A stretch of DNA of 64,000 nt from Nitrospirales bacterium (lineage in GTDB: Bacteria > Nitrospirota > Nitrospiria > Nitrospirales > UBA8639): NCBI GenBank assembly GCA_965223295.1, contig CBDCWC010000002.1:1536001-1600000 (forward strand). Reading direction: 5' to 3'. Below the pieces are notes generated by a model. The model was given only the letters and a program-made list of their open reading frames with translations, searched no databases and was not told where the DNA came from. Shown piece after piece: positions 9,605-19,462 of the stretch (positions within the stretch are counted from its first letter, which is position 1; the number at the start of each line of letters is the position of its first letter). Made by a program: the position numbers and the translations under genes.

Positions 9605-10042
9605 TTAAGTGGCCGAGGCTGGCAACATGGCCAGGAGCGCCCAATACCGAAGCGCTTTACCAATGGCAATAAAGAGCACCGATCCAATCCAGGACATCCG
9701 AAGCCATCCTGCTGCAATGCACAATGGATCTCCAATCACCGGCACCCATGAGAAGAGAAGGATGGGACTCCCCCATCGCCGTACACGCTCGACAGCACGA
9801 CGGTGGGTCTCCTTCGATAATTCATCGAGAGGATAGCGCCATGCAATGAGCCATCCTAACCCCCAGGACGTCATACCTCCTAATGTATTGCCCACAGTGG
9901 CTACAGACAACAGTTTCCCGTACGGCATGTTACTCTGTGTTGCCAATGCAACGAGTAAAAGCTCAGAACTTCCTGGCAAGATTGTCGAAGACAGAAAGGC
10001 ACTGACAAACAGCCCCGCAAGAGAATAGTCTTCTCCAATCAT
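9605..10042 (-). CDS. YqaA/DedA (SNARE-associated) family membrane protein
   Basis: Motifs FLSSTILPGSSE, GNTLGG, WVPVIGDPL and GKALRY. Confidence 0.88.
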   Translation of the reverse strand: MIGEDYSLAGLFVSAFLSSTILPGSSELLLVALATQSNMPYGKLLSVATVGNTLGGMTSWGLGWLIAWRYPLDELSKETHRRAVERVRRWGSPILLFSWVPVIGDPLCIAAGWLRMSWIGSVLFIAIGKALRYWALLAMLPASAT

Positions 10043-10055
10043 TGTGACGAACTCA

Positions 10056-10289
10056 TCAGGCCGGAGGTGGTTCGACTCGGTGAATGGAATGAAACTTCAT
10101 GTTGGCATCAAACGTAATGTTAAAGATGCCTTGAATCCCCTGATAGGACAGAAAAGGCCGTAAGACCCGGGCGGGAAATTGAACCGTACGCCCATCGATA
10201 GCGGTCGCCACCACATGTTCGACAGCACCGTAGTAATAGGCTTGAAACCGTTCAGGCGAAATGTTGAGTTGAACTGAAACAGTTTGCAT
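10056..10289 (-). CDS. DUF2835-like small protein
   Basis: LNISPERFQAYYYG...DGRTVQFPARVLRPFL...GIQG pattern. Confidence 0.75.
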   Translation of the reverse strand: MQTVSVQLNISPERFQAYYYGAVEHVVATAIDGRTVQFPARVLRPFLSYQGIQGIFNITFDANMKFHSIHRVEPPPA

Positions 10290-10427
10290 GATGCTTTATA
10301 TGATCCGGTGTTTAAACCTTCTTGTGTTCCTTACTTCTCACACTTAACGAACAATCTCAGTTATGATAGAAGTACTGTTGTGGAATTTGGCTCGTTTGAG
10401 CTCTGACGCTCCGTATTGTCACCCGTC

Positions 10428-11216
10428 ATGTCTCGATATACCCACGAATTGGATACAATCCGTCTGGCTTTGGATCAAGTCCGCGCGCGCCTGCAAAGAA
10501 TGACATACGAAGACCTAAAGGTCCAAAACAAATCCGACGGCTCTCCTGTGACCAATGCGGACCTCGAGGTCAATCAGATTCTTAAGCAGGCGCTCTTGGG
10601 TACATTCCCGGGCGATAGCTGGTTGTCGGAAGAATCACCAGACAACACTCCCCGACAGCAAACCCAACGCGTCTGGATACTAGATCCCATCGATGGCACG
10701 AAACCATTTATCAAAGGCCTGCCCTATTATACGATCTCTCTGGCACTCATCGACCAGGGCCAACCGGCTATCGGCGTGATTTTTAATCCTGCCACTCAGG
10801 AATATTTTTGCGCCATACAAGGGGAGCAAGCCACTCTGAATGCTCAACCTATTCATGTGCAAACTGCATCCTCGAAAGGCACTCGCTGCACCTTTCTCGT
10901 CAACGCTTGGCAAGTCAATCAAGCCACGCTTAACACTTGGGGGGAAGAACATCACTGCCCGCCACTCCTCGGCTCCATTGCCTATTCCTTGGCACTGGTT
11001 GCCTCAGGCCATGTGGATGGTGTCATCAATGTTGGGCTACAAAATGAATGGGATATTGCCGCAGGTCTTCTCATTGTCCAAGCAGCTGGTGGCCTGGTTT
11101 TTGACAAAAATCTAAAGCCCATCTCCTGCAATCAACCCAACCCTCTTGTGAATGGTATTGTGGCTATTCGTCCCGATGCCCTTCCAACTATTCAACAATG
11201 GCTCACTGACATCTAA
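10428..11216 (+). CDS. inositol monophosphatase family / CysQ-like 3'(2'),5'-bisphosphate nucleotidase
   Basis: Motifs SPVTNAD, LSEE, WILDPIDGT and EWDIAAG. Confidence 0.88.
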   Translation: MSRYTHELDTIRLALDQVRARLQRMTYEDLKVQNKSDGSPVTNADLEVNQILKQALLGTFPGDSWLSEESPDNTPRQQTQRVWILDPIDGTKPFIKGLPYYTISLALIDQGQPAIGVIFNPATQEYFCAIQGEQATLNAQPIHVQTASSKGTRCTFLVNAWQVNQATLNTWGEEHHCPPLLGSIAYSLALVASGHVDGVINVGLQNEWDIAAGLLIVQAAGGLVFDKNLKPISCNQPNPLVNGIVAIRPDALPTIQQWLTDI

Positions 11217-11490
11217 TCTCCTAATACATCACACCGCATTTTTATTCTTTGTGCTCATTCTTATGAGTTGCTGAAACAGAGATGAAGGTTCATAAAAAAC
11301 ATGGTCATTCGTAAAGATCTGTGCATCCATCACAAGAAATTTCATGCCATTCATAGAAATTAATATCCATTCGCTCCTTTTTCTTCATCATCTTCAGGTC
11401 CAATCAGCCCCTTAACCTCTACACTTTCCAGCCGAAAAAGTAGAGAAGCCCTTAGCTCGCGTAAAACCGAGTTATTTTCACTCACCTTAT

Positions 11491-11994
11491 ATGGCTCTCG
11501 TTGGGCAGCGTCCCCTCAACGATGAGCGTGGGTTGTACGTGATGCGCGGAGCCGTCAAACATTCCATTAAGATTCTGACCATCGAGGATGACCCAACTCA
11601 AACGGAAGCTCTCAGGGAAGCTCTCTATGTCGCACAGATAATTTGTGTGGAAATCCTTGAATGCGAAGATGGAGATCAAGGGCTTGCATTTTTGCGTCAG
11701 GAATATCCACACGTCGATGCACCACAACCCGATCTCATTTTTTTGTCCAATCATCTGCCTGACCGCTCGGGCATTGAAATTATCCAAGAACTTCAGGATG
11801 ATCCGCGTTTACAACAGATTCCAGTGGCCTTGTTTTCAGACAAGGATCCCACCGCCTCAAGCAACGTCACATTTCCTGACAACTGCCATCTCTTTAAGAG
11901 GCCCAGAACCTTCGATGAATGGATTTTTGTTTTGCGATGTGTTGAAGACGTGTGGGTCACCTTGTTGGATATGGCCGGCATGCCAAATTTGTAA
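11491..11994 (+). CDS. stand-alone atypical receiver-domain protein (phosphoacceptor Asp replaced)
   Basis: Motifs ILTIEDD, DGDQGLAFL and PDLIFLSNHLPDRSG (S where D is expected), with IPVALFS and KRP. The start may be ATG 11542. Confidence 0.75.
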   Translation: MALVGQRPLNDERGLYVMRGAVKHSIKILTIEDDPTQTEALREALYVAQIICVEILECEDGDQGLAFLRQEYPHVDAPQPDLIFLSNHLPDRSGIEIIQELQDDPRLQQIPVALFSDKDPTASSNVTFPDNCHLFKRPRTFDEWIFVLRCVEDVWVTLLDMAGMPNL

Positions 11995-12005
11995 GAGGCT
12001 TACCC

Positions 12006-13169
12006 TTAGATTCGCTGTTTCGCCTGCCTCACTGTTTTTCGATTGCCTCCTGTCACCATTTTAAATTCATACAGTCTGGACTCCAGCGCTCCATTGAATA
12101 AGGGAATTTTTCGTGATGGCGCTAAGCGAATGAGTTTGGGCAACCGAAAATCTGCAGTCAGCACATAGACCTTCCAACCAGCGAATCGCTGCTTTAGCAC
12201 ATTACCAAACTTTGGATACCAATCCTCTAGTGCTGCATGACGGCCTATCCGCACACCATAGGGTGGATTCGTGATCATCACTCCAGTATGCGACGGCGGA
12301 TAGACCTCCAAAACATCAGCTTGTTGAAACTGCACGCCGGCTATCCCAGCAAGCTGAAGATTAGTTTGCGCCCGCGATAGCATCTGTACATCCTGGTCAT
12401 AACCAAAAATCGTCAATGGTTGATTGAGAGCAATGGGTGCCTGGGCTTCTTGTTGAATGCCGCTCCACACCACTTGATCGAATTTCAGAAAATGGTGAAA
12501 CGCAAACTCTCGTCGTCTGCCAGGCGAAATCCCATGCGCCATGAGAGCCGCTTCGATCACAATCGTGCCCGCTCCACACATGGGATCCAGTAATACTTGG
12601 TCACTCGTCCACCCAGCTAATCGAAGAATCCCTGCCGCCAAATTTTCACGCAAGGGGGCTTCACCAACTGACTGCCGCCATCCACGTTTAAACAGTGGTG
12701 AGCCAGTGGTATCCAGATACCAGATCATCTGTTCTTTATCCACAAATACCACAATTTGAATATCAGGATGCCGTTTATCAACAACCGGGCGTGATTGCGT
12801 CTCTCGAACAAAACGGTCACAAATGGCGTCCTTCACGCGAAGCGTCGAAAATTCTACACTCTTGAGCGGAGATTGTTGCGCAACCACACGAACTTTTATG
12901 CGACAATGTACTGAAAACCACTTCGGCCAGGAAAGCTGTAACGCGGCACGATATAAATCCTCTTCATCGCGATAAGTCCCCATTCCCACTTGCCACAAAA
13001 TACGGCTGGCGATTCGACTCTGAAGATTGAGCCGATAGCAAAGTGGAAAGGATCCTCGACAAACCACCCCACCAGGTGTCGTCTGAATCTCTTTGCCCCC
13101 GAGAGCCTGACATTCTTGTACAAGCGGTTCTTCCAACCCGCGAGGGCATGTTGCAAAAAACGTTTCCAT
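12006..13169 (-). CDS. THUMP-domain SAM-dependent RNA methyltransferase (RlmL-like)
   Basis: Motifs FFATCPRGLE, LFKRGWR, APLRENLAA, DPMCGAGT and TNPPYG. Confidence 0.88.
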   Translation of the reverse strand: METFFATCPRGLEEPLVQECQALGGKEIQTTPGGVVCRGSFPLCYRLNLQSRIASRILWQVGMGTYRDEEDLYRAALQLSWPKWFSVHCRIKVRVVAQQSPLKSVEFSTLRVKDAICDRFVRETQSRPVVDKRHPDIQIVVFVDKEQMIWYLDTTGSPLFKRGWRQSVGEAPLRENLAAGILRLAGWTSDQVLLDPMCGAGTIVIEAALMAHGISPGRRREFAFHHFLKFDQVVWSGIQQEAQAPIALNQPLTIFGYDQDVQMLSRAQTNLQLAGIAGVQFQQADVLEVYPPSHTGVMITNPPYGVRIGRHAALEDWYPKFGNVLKQRFAGWKVYVLTADFRLPKLIRLAPSRKIPLFNGALESRLYEFKMVTGGNRKTVRQAKQRI

Positions 13170-13217
13170 GCTTATAAGGAGTTAAGGTGATTACGTTACA
13201 AGGATGCTAGATCCGAT

Positions 13218-14237
13218 CTATGAATAAACTTCTGGATTGACACAATGCTTGATACGCTCTCCCCGTAAGGCCGCCAATACATTCTCAACGGCGATCTCAG
13301 CCATTCGAGACCGTGTGGCCGTCGATGCACTCCCGACATGCGGCACGACAAGACAATTCTGAAGAGTCAGCAATGGATGCGAAGCTGGAAGCGGTTCCGG
13401 TTCGGTGACATCCAGTGCCGCACCGCCTATGTCACCTTGTTGCAAGGCCTGATATAACGCAGCAGGCTCCACAACTGCTCCTCGGGCAGTATTGATCAAG
13501 ATACTGGTACGCTTCATGGCCCGCAGTTGAGGCTCGCCAATCATATGATGCGTTTCGGGAGTCAATGGAACATGCAGGCTCAGGAAATCTGATTGAGCCA
13601 ATGCTGTTGGTAGATTCACAAACGAGACATGAGACATGTTCGATGTGGCAGGTTTTGCCTGCTTTATATCAGAAGGTTTTCCTGCACCACTGTCCCCTTT
13701 TGGGGAACATACGGCTAACACATTCATGCCAAACCCCTCGGCGCGTCTAGCCATGGCTTGGCCAATCCGCCCCCATCCCACAATTCCTAAGGTAGCTCCA
13801 TGGATATCCTGACCGAGTAAGAGATCAGGTTTCCATTCTTTCCAATGCCCCTGTCGCACATATTCAGCTCCTTCTACAATTCGACGAGCTGCGGCCATCA
13901 GCAACGAAAAAGCCAAGTCGGCGGTAGTGTCGGTTAAGATTCCTGGGGTATATCCAACAGGAATGTTTCGTGCCGTACAGGTGGGAATATCGATATGATC
14001 ATATCCGACCGACATTGTGCTCACCACACGCAATCGCGTCCCACAACTAAGGACTTCCTGATTAATCTGATCCGTCAATAAGCAATAGAGCCCATCGGCT
14101 TCAGATATCTGATCGAGCAACCAGGCTCGTGTGGCGGGACTATCAGACTCCCAGCACACCACATCAGCATGAGCCGTCAATTGCTTCTGAGCTTCCAGGG
14201 GAAGTTGTCTGGTGGCAACAACACGTGGCCGTGACAT
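13218..14237 (-). CDS. D-2-hydroxyacid dehydrogenase (glyoxylate reductase / D-glycerate dehydrogenase family)
   Basis: Motifs SVGYDHID, GIVGWGRIG, INTARG, ALDVTEPEP and PHVGSA. Start at ATG 14237 (MSRPRV). Confidence 0.9.
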   Translation of the reverse strand: MSRPRVVATRQLPLEAQKQLTAHADVVCWESDSPATRAWLLDQISEADGLYCLLTDQINQEVLSCGTRLRVVSTMSVGYDHIDIPTCTARNIPVGYTPGILTDTTADLAFSLLMAAARRIVEGAEYVRQGHWKEWKPDLLLGQDIHGATLGIVGWGRIGQAMARRAEGFGMNVLAVCSPKGDSGAGKPSDIKQAKPATSNMSHVSFVNLPTALAQSDFLSLHVPLTPETHHMIGEPQLRAMKRTSILINTARGAVVEPAALYQALQQGDIGGAALDVTEPEPLPASHPLLTLQNCLVVPHVGSASTATRSRMAEIAVENVLAALRGERIKHCVNPEVYS

Positions 14238-14290
14238 TCTTTTCCTCTTTGAACGAGTAAAAACACTTGTGGACCTGACGCGTATATGCG

Positions 14291-15295
14291 CTACCAGAAT
14301 AACACGGATAGGACAAACACCATGTAACACAGTCCATTTACAATCAAATGGATCGGCTTAACTTGCCCTCGCCGCACAAGCCATGTGAGATAGCTGGCTG
14401 CCACTAAGGTCATAGCCATACCCACCAGAATTTCTTTTTGGGGCACCCAGGCCGTCAACATGATACCCACGGCAGGTAAAAGACTTCCCTGAAATATCAT
14501 GGCTCCCGTCAGATTTCCGACGGCCAAGGTATCCCGACCCCGGCGAATCCACAAAATACTATTCACTTTTTCCGGCAGCTCCGTGGCCACAGGAACAATC
14601 AGGAGAGAGAGAGTCAAAGCCGAAATTCCCCATCGAGGCGCCAAATGCTCAATGCCATACACAAACCCCTTTGCTCCCAACATGATGAGCCCTAGGCCAA
14701 AGGCCAACTGGACCAAAATCATCAACAAATTGTCTGGCAGACCAAGCTTGGTTGAATAAAGAGGGTGGTCTGCTTCTGTGGCATGTCCATCATCGACTAA
14801 AGTGTTTGATGCTCGAATGGTTAAGGTGAGATAGGTGACATACAGCGTTACTAACGAGAACGCCATCAGCCCACGAACACCCATCCATTCTGAAGGAACA
14901 AACGTGGACATGACACCGAGAAAAAATGCCCCATTAAACCACACCAGATCACGTGCGAAACCGGTTGGTTCAGGGTGCAAGACCCCATGCCAACCCCTTG
15001 ACTGGGCAGCAAAAATGCCCACCAAAAAAAACGCCACGGTGGCCAAGAGTAACGGAGCACCTAAAATGGCTCCAACCGCGACCTCATGCCGAACCGTTTC
15101 CGACCCTGTACCCAGTAAGATAGCAAAGAGCGGAACCATGGTTTCTGGCAAGGCCGTCCCCACGGCCGCAAATATTGACCCAGTCACCCCTTCTGAAATC
15201 CCTAGCCGTTCGCCAAAATGCTCCAGACTATTCGTAAAGGCTTCGGCTCCCAAGAGAATGATGATTAAGGCTCCAAGTAAAATAAAAATATCCAT
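14291..15295 (-). CDS. sodium:calcium exchanger (CaCA) family antiporter
   Basis: Two alpha-repeats, AVGTALPE and PVATELPE, and about 10 TM segments. Confidence 0.88.
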   Translation of the reverse strand: MDIFILLGALIIILLGAEAFTNSLEHFGERLGISEGVTGSIFAAVGTALPETMVPLFAILLGTGSETVRHEVAVGAILGAPLLLATVAFFLVGIFAAQSRGWHGVLHPEPTGFARDLVWFNGAFFLGVMSTFVPSEWMGVRGLMAFSLVTLYVTYLTLTIRASNTLVDDGHATEADHPLYSTKLGLPDNLLMILVQLAFGLGLIMLGAKGFVYGIEHLAPRWGISALTLSLLIVPVATELPEKVNSILWIRRGRDTLAVGNLTGAMIFQGSLLPAVGIMLTAWVPQKEILVGMAMTLVAASYLTWLVRRGQVKPIHLIVNGLCYMVFVLSVLFW

Positions 15296-15471
15296 GATTT
15301 AAGACAGTTGGGCAGCTCTAAAATTTCGGCGGATACTCGATCAGAAAAAACGTATAAATTTCAGGTGATTAGAAAAACAGATTCAGGAAAATGATTCCCA
15401 GCAGACTTGCCCAGACGTAACTTTGCTTCTTTACCTTGCAATCCAGAAAATTTTTCTTCTAAACTGCCTCT

Positions 15472-15624
15472 ATGGACAGTCTCACCACCGGTCTTATCCT
15501 GACTCTCACGACAATCGTCCTCTATACCATTGTTTTTAAATGGTGGCGACACCGGCGGGCAGCGAAGTTAGCCGACAAATTGTTGGACGAGGTCATTAAA
15601 GGAAAAGACGCCTTTCGTCGATAG
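15472..15624 (+). CDS. putative 50-aa single-pass membrane protein (below the ORF-track cutoff)
   Basis: MDSLTTGLILTLTTIVLYTIVFKWWRHRRAAKLADKLLDEVIKGKDAFRR*: a hydrophobic helix followed by a basic cluster. It fills the intergenic gap. Confidence 0.6.
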   Translation: MDSLTTGLILTLTTIVLYTIVFKWWRHRRAAKLADKLLDEVIKGKDAFRR

Positions 15625-15654
15625 TCCCTTTCATCATTTTTTGCTATTTCTTAC

Positions 15655-16326
15655 TTAAAACTGAAAACACAATTGCTGAGACGTTTCTTGCTTCCGAAAT
15701 GGTACACCAAGATCAAAGTCCAACGAGGGGCATTCGGGTATTTTTTTTGAAGTAGATTGAGACAATCCGTTCACCGTCACCTCAACAAGCACTCCCCGAC
15801 ATTCACTGCAAACATGCCGAGCTGGCACAATGGATCGCCGTTGGCGATGGTAGGACATTCCACAACGTACGCACTCCCACGAATAGCGATTGAATGCGTT
15901 CACCGTCTCATTCAATTCATGACGAATGGTAATACCAAGACCTGCTTCATTCATTCGATCCATCATTTCTCGAAAGGTAGGACCATGGGATGGATACCGC
16001 TTGCGAATATCATATTCCCATTGATGAATCATTTCATGCGCCAGAGTCCCTCGCAGCTCTGTCTCCGATTGCCCACAAAGTAACGGCGCTGAGAGACGAA
16101 TCACTCGAGCCTTTCCATGTCTATATGCAGAGGACACCCAGCGGCTTCTCGGACCAACTTGGCTCGCGAACAGTCCGGCTGACGCGGTGAGCCTCGTGCT
16201 CCATTCAATACGAATCGCTGGCAACCGATTATCAAAAAACTGAGAGGACAACTGTTGCCACATCTCCTGTAGATAGGACAGCAGCATAAGATCCGGAGAG
16301 GAAACCGGAGAAGGAATAGTCACCAA
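15655..16326 (-). CDS. SprT-like zinc metalloprotease domain protein
   Basis: Motifs RLTASAG, LAHEMIH and HGPTF, with a CxxC...CxxC zinc ribbon. Confidence 0.85.
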   Translation of the reverse strand: MVTIPSPVSSPDLMLLSYLQEMWQQLSSQFFDNRLPAIRIEWSTRLTASAGLFASQVGPRSRWVSSAYRHGKARVIRLSAPLLCGQSETELRGTLAHEMIHQWEYDIRKRYPSHGPTFREMMDRMNEAGLGITIRHELNETVNAFNRYSWECVRCGMSYHRQRRSIVPARHVCSECRGVLVEVTVNGLSQSTSKKIPECPSLDFDLGVPFRKQETSQQLCFQF

Positions 16327-16446
16327 GGATACCAGGAAAGTTCTCTATACATCAGATGGTGGCTATGTTACCATTTTTTCCTGTTATACGTAACAACTCT
16401 GAGTCATAAAGTTCGATCATTTTCGTTGCGAACCCAACTACCCAAT

Positions 16447-16938
16447 ATGCTATTCGAACCCACAGACATCGACAGAGACACCGCATACATGCAGATGTCC
16501 TTAGAGTTGGCGAAAGAAGCCTATCGAGCAAACGAAGTGCCGGTCGGTGCGATTCTGGTCAAAGACGGCACGGTGATTGCGACAGGTCAAAATCGACGAG
16601 AAACGTTGAAAGACCCAACGGCTCATGCGGAACTTTTGGCCATTCGTGCTGCCGCAGAGAGCACCGGATCCTGGCGTCTCACAGAGACCACCCTCTATGT
16701 CACATTAGAACCCTGTGCAATGTGTGCAGGTGCCATTATTCAATCCAGGATACCTCGTCTCGTGTTCGGTACACGAGACCTCAAAGCTGGAGCATGCGGA
16801 TCAATCTGTGATTTAACAAATGAACCACGGTTCAATCATCGTGTCATCGTTCAATCTGGAATATTGGCCGAGGACTGCAGCCAGCTCCTACAACAATTCT
16901 TTCAAGAACTTCGTGAGGCACAAACAGTTCTATCCTAA
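16447..16938 (+). CDS. tadA: tRNA-specific adenosine deaminase
   Basis: Motifs EVPVGA, PTAHAE, TLEPCAMCAGA and FNH. Confidence 0.93.
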   Translation: MLFEPTDIDRDTAYMQMSLELAKEAYRANEVPVGAILVKDGTVIATGQNRRETLKDPTAHAELLAIRAAAESTGSWRLTETTLYVTLEPCAMCAGAIIQSRIPRLVFGTRDLKAGACGSICDLTNEPRFNHRVIVQSGILAEDCSQLLQQFFQELREAQTVLS

Positions 16939-16950
16939 TAAGCATGAGCC

Positions 16951-17039
<89 letters not shown>

Positions 17040-17282
17040 CCAGTCAACAGCAAAACCAGCCTCTCTCTGCTTTGCCAAAATACTCCTAACATCTCCGCGA
17101 CTTACACGTTCTTCGCGCCACAACTGGCTCTCTCTCTACCACTCACCTTCCTGTAATTGTTCGGTTATTCCTGTCGTTTTCTCTGAAGGTATTTCGTCGG
17201 TCCATTCGCGCCAGAAAGTAAGGGACCGAGAGAGGCCTAAACGGGATTCCAACTGACCAATTTGAATGTCTCTGAGGTCCAC

Positions 17283-17539
17283 TTAGGGGGAAAGGGGAAA
17301 CCCGAAGTACTTGCGTTGCTGAGCCCATTCCAATGGAATGGGACGACGAAACTGTTCAAGCGTGAAATCCGGTGGGTGCCACCCACTGAGAATGGCTTCG
17401 ATTAAATCGGGAGCCAGAAAACTCAACCGTAGGATACGCCGCACATAACTGGAGTCGACCTCTTCCCGTTGGGCCAACGCCTTTACCGTCGAGACTCGTC
17501 CCGCAATAAGATCTTCTTTCCACTGACACGCCCGGACCA
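17283..17539 (-). pseudogene. 3' remnant of a serine-recombinase-associated gene, truncated by IS256
   Basis: ...KALAQREEVDSSYVRRILRLSFLAPDLIEAILSG...IPLEWAQQR resembles the C-terminal tails of island recombinases. The frame is cut at the IS end. Confidence 0.7.
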
Positions 17540-18865
17540 GGGCCTGTCAAGTTATCTGTGTAACTGATCGTGGTTAATCAATTATGGGCACGCGGTCTCC
17601 AACAATCATGGCAAATTGATTGAGGGCGCGTTTCCACTCGGGAATGGGTACGGTCCATTTTTTGGCAATCCGCTGCATTCCGAGATAGAGGACTTTGAGA
17701 ATGGCTTCATCCGTCGGAAACGCCCCCCGTTTTTTTTAGCACCTTCCGCAATGAATAATTGAGCGATTCAATCGCGTTCGTGGTATAGATCACTTTCCGA
17801 ATCTCGGACGGATAGTCGAAGAACACCGTCAGTCGCTTCCAGTCTCGTCGCCAACTGGCACTAATGGTGGGATATTTTTGATCCCACAGTTGAGCAAAGT
17901 TCTCCAAGGCGTCTTCGGCTTCTGAAAGAGTGGGCGCTCCATAGATCGCTCGTAAATCGCGGGCAACAGGGCGACGTTCTTTCCAGACCACGTACCGTAA
18001 AGCGTGGCGCACTTTATGGACAATGCAGAGTTGCACCTGTGTCTGGGGAAAGATGGTTTCTAAGGCTTCGGGTAACCCGATCAGCCCATCGACACAAGCG
18101 ACAAAGCAATCCTGTACGCCTCGCTGTTGCAATTCCGTGAACACCGCTAACCAAAACTTGGCTCCTTCGGTTTCACTGACCCAGAGCCCGAGCAGTTCCT
18201 TCTCTCCCGTGAGTGTCACGCCGAGGGCGACATACACGGCTTTGGTTTTGACGGCCCCCTCATGCCGCGATTTCACAAATAGGCAATCGAAATACAGGAT
18301 GGGATACACCATCTCCAAAGGCCGACTCTGCCAGAGCCGCACATCTTCTAAGACGGCATCGGTGATCGTCGAAATCAGTGTGGGCGAGACTTCAGTTCCA
18401 TACAAGTCTTCCAGATGACTTTGAATTTCCCGCGTGGTCAACCCATGGGCATAGAGGGCCAGCACTTTGTCGTCAAACCCCTCCAAGCGCCGTTGCCGTT
18501 TTGGGACAACCGTGGGTTCAAACGTGCCCGCACGATCTCGGGGGACGGCCAGTTCGACCGGCCCTTGGTCCGTTTGAATGATTTTCGAGCTCGTCCCATT
18601 CCGAGTGTTCCCACCCTGAGAAAGGCCTCGGGCATAAGGGGGATAGCCCAGATGATTCGTCAATTCAGCTGTCAACGCCCGTTCCACGAGCCGTTTGGTT
18701 AAATCCTTCAAAAGGCCATGTTCCCCCAGAATATCTTCGGGCGACTCACAGTCTTTTAATAAGTCATCCAATAACGCATCGGTTTTTGTGTTTGGCTTGG
18801 TCATCATGTTCTCCTTCTGAAAAATCCGTTATGATAACCAGTTACACACTTAATCTTACAGGCCC
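17540..18865 (-). mobile_element. IS256-family insertion sequence, copy 2 (1326 bp, no TSD)
   Basis: Same TIRs and identical translated ORFs as copy 1. The flanks CCGGACCA and GATAACGG do not match. Confidence 0.95.
17574..18807 (-). CDS. IS256 transposase with the same C-terminal frameshift as copy 1
   Basis: Identical 366-aa ORF ending KKTGGVSDG*. The tail continues in the +1 frame. Confidence 0.9.
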
Positions 18866-19189
18866 GATAACGGCCCAGAATTTACCGCGAAGGCTGTTCG
18901 ACAATGGCTCGCCCAGCTAGGGGTCGGCACCTTGTTTATCGAACCAGGCAGCCCCTGGGAGAATGGCTATAATGAGAGTTTGAATGGCAAACTGCGGGAT
19001 GAGCTCTTGAACGGGGAAATCTTCTATACGCTCCGGGAAGCGCAAGTGCTCATCGAATGGTGGCGGCAACACTATAAGCAGGTGCGTCCCCATAGCGCTT
19101 TAGGATACAAACCACCAACCCCTGAGGCATTAATTCCAAAATGCGCTTAAAGCTGCATGCACACTGGAACAATCACTGGGGGCACGTCA
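18866..19189 (+). mobile_element. truncated IS3-family element (3' part of orfB plus right end)
   Basis: Starts directly at the IS256 end with [15 protein letters not shown]...[25 protein letters not shown]...RPHSALGY, stop at 19150. The end resembles GGGGGCACGTCA. Confidence 0.85.
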
Positions 19190-19462
19190 GCTTGACAACC
19201 TTGCCTACCTATTGCGAGCAAAGGACTGGCATAAAATTTATGAAACATCTAGGCACACAACCTGCAGTCTGTGCAAGTCTATTATTCATAGACATTGTTA
19301 AGAGATCATATCCCAAAGCTGAACACCATGTCCCAGCTTTTCAAACCAGACAGGATAATGAGCATGATAATGCACTTCAGATGAATTTTTCTCTTTGCCC
19401 TACATGAAAAACGTAGACAACCATACTATACTAAGCCTTTTTTTGTTGAAAGGAACATATTC

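Noticed and set aside
15300..15650. yybP-ykoY (Mn2+) riboswitch upstream of the CaCA antiporter
   Set aside because: The context is suggestive, but I could not find the conserved core, and a plus-strand microprotein explains the region better. An Rfam scan would settle it.
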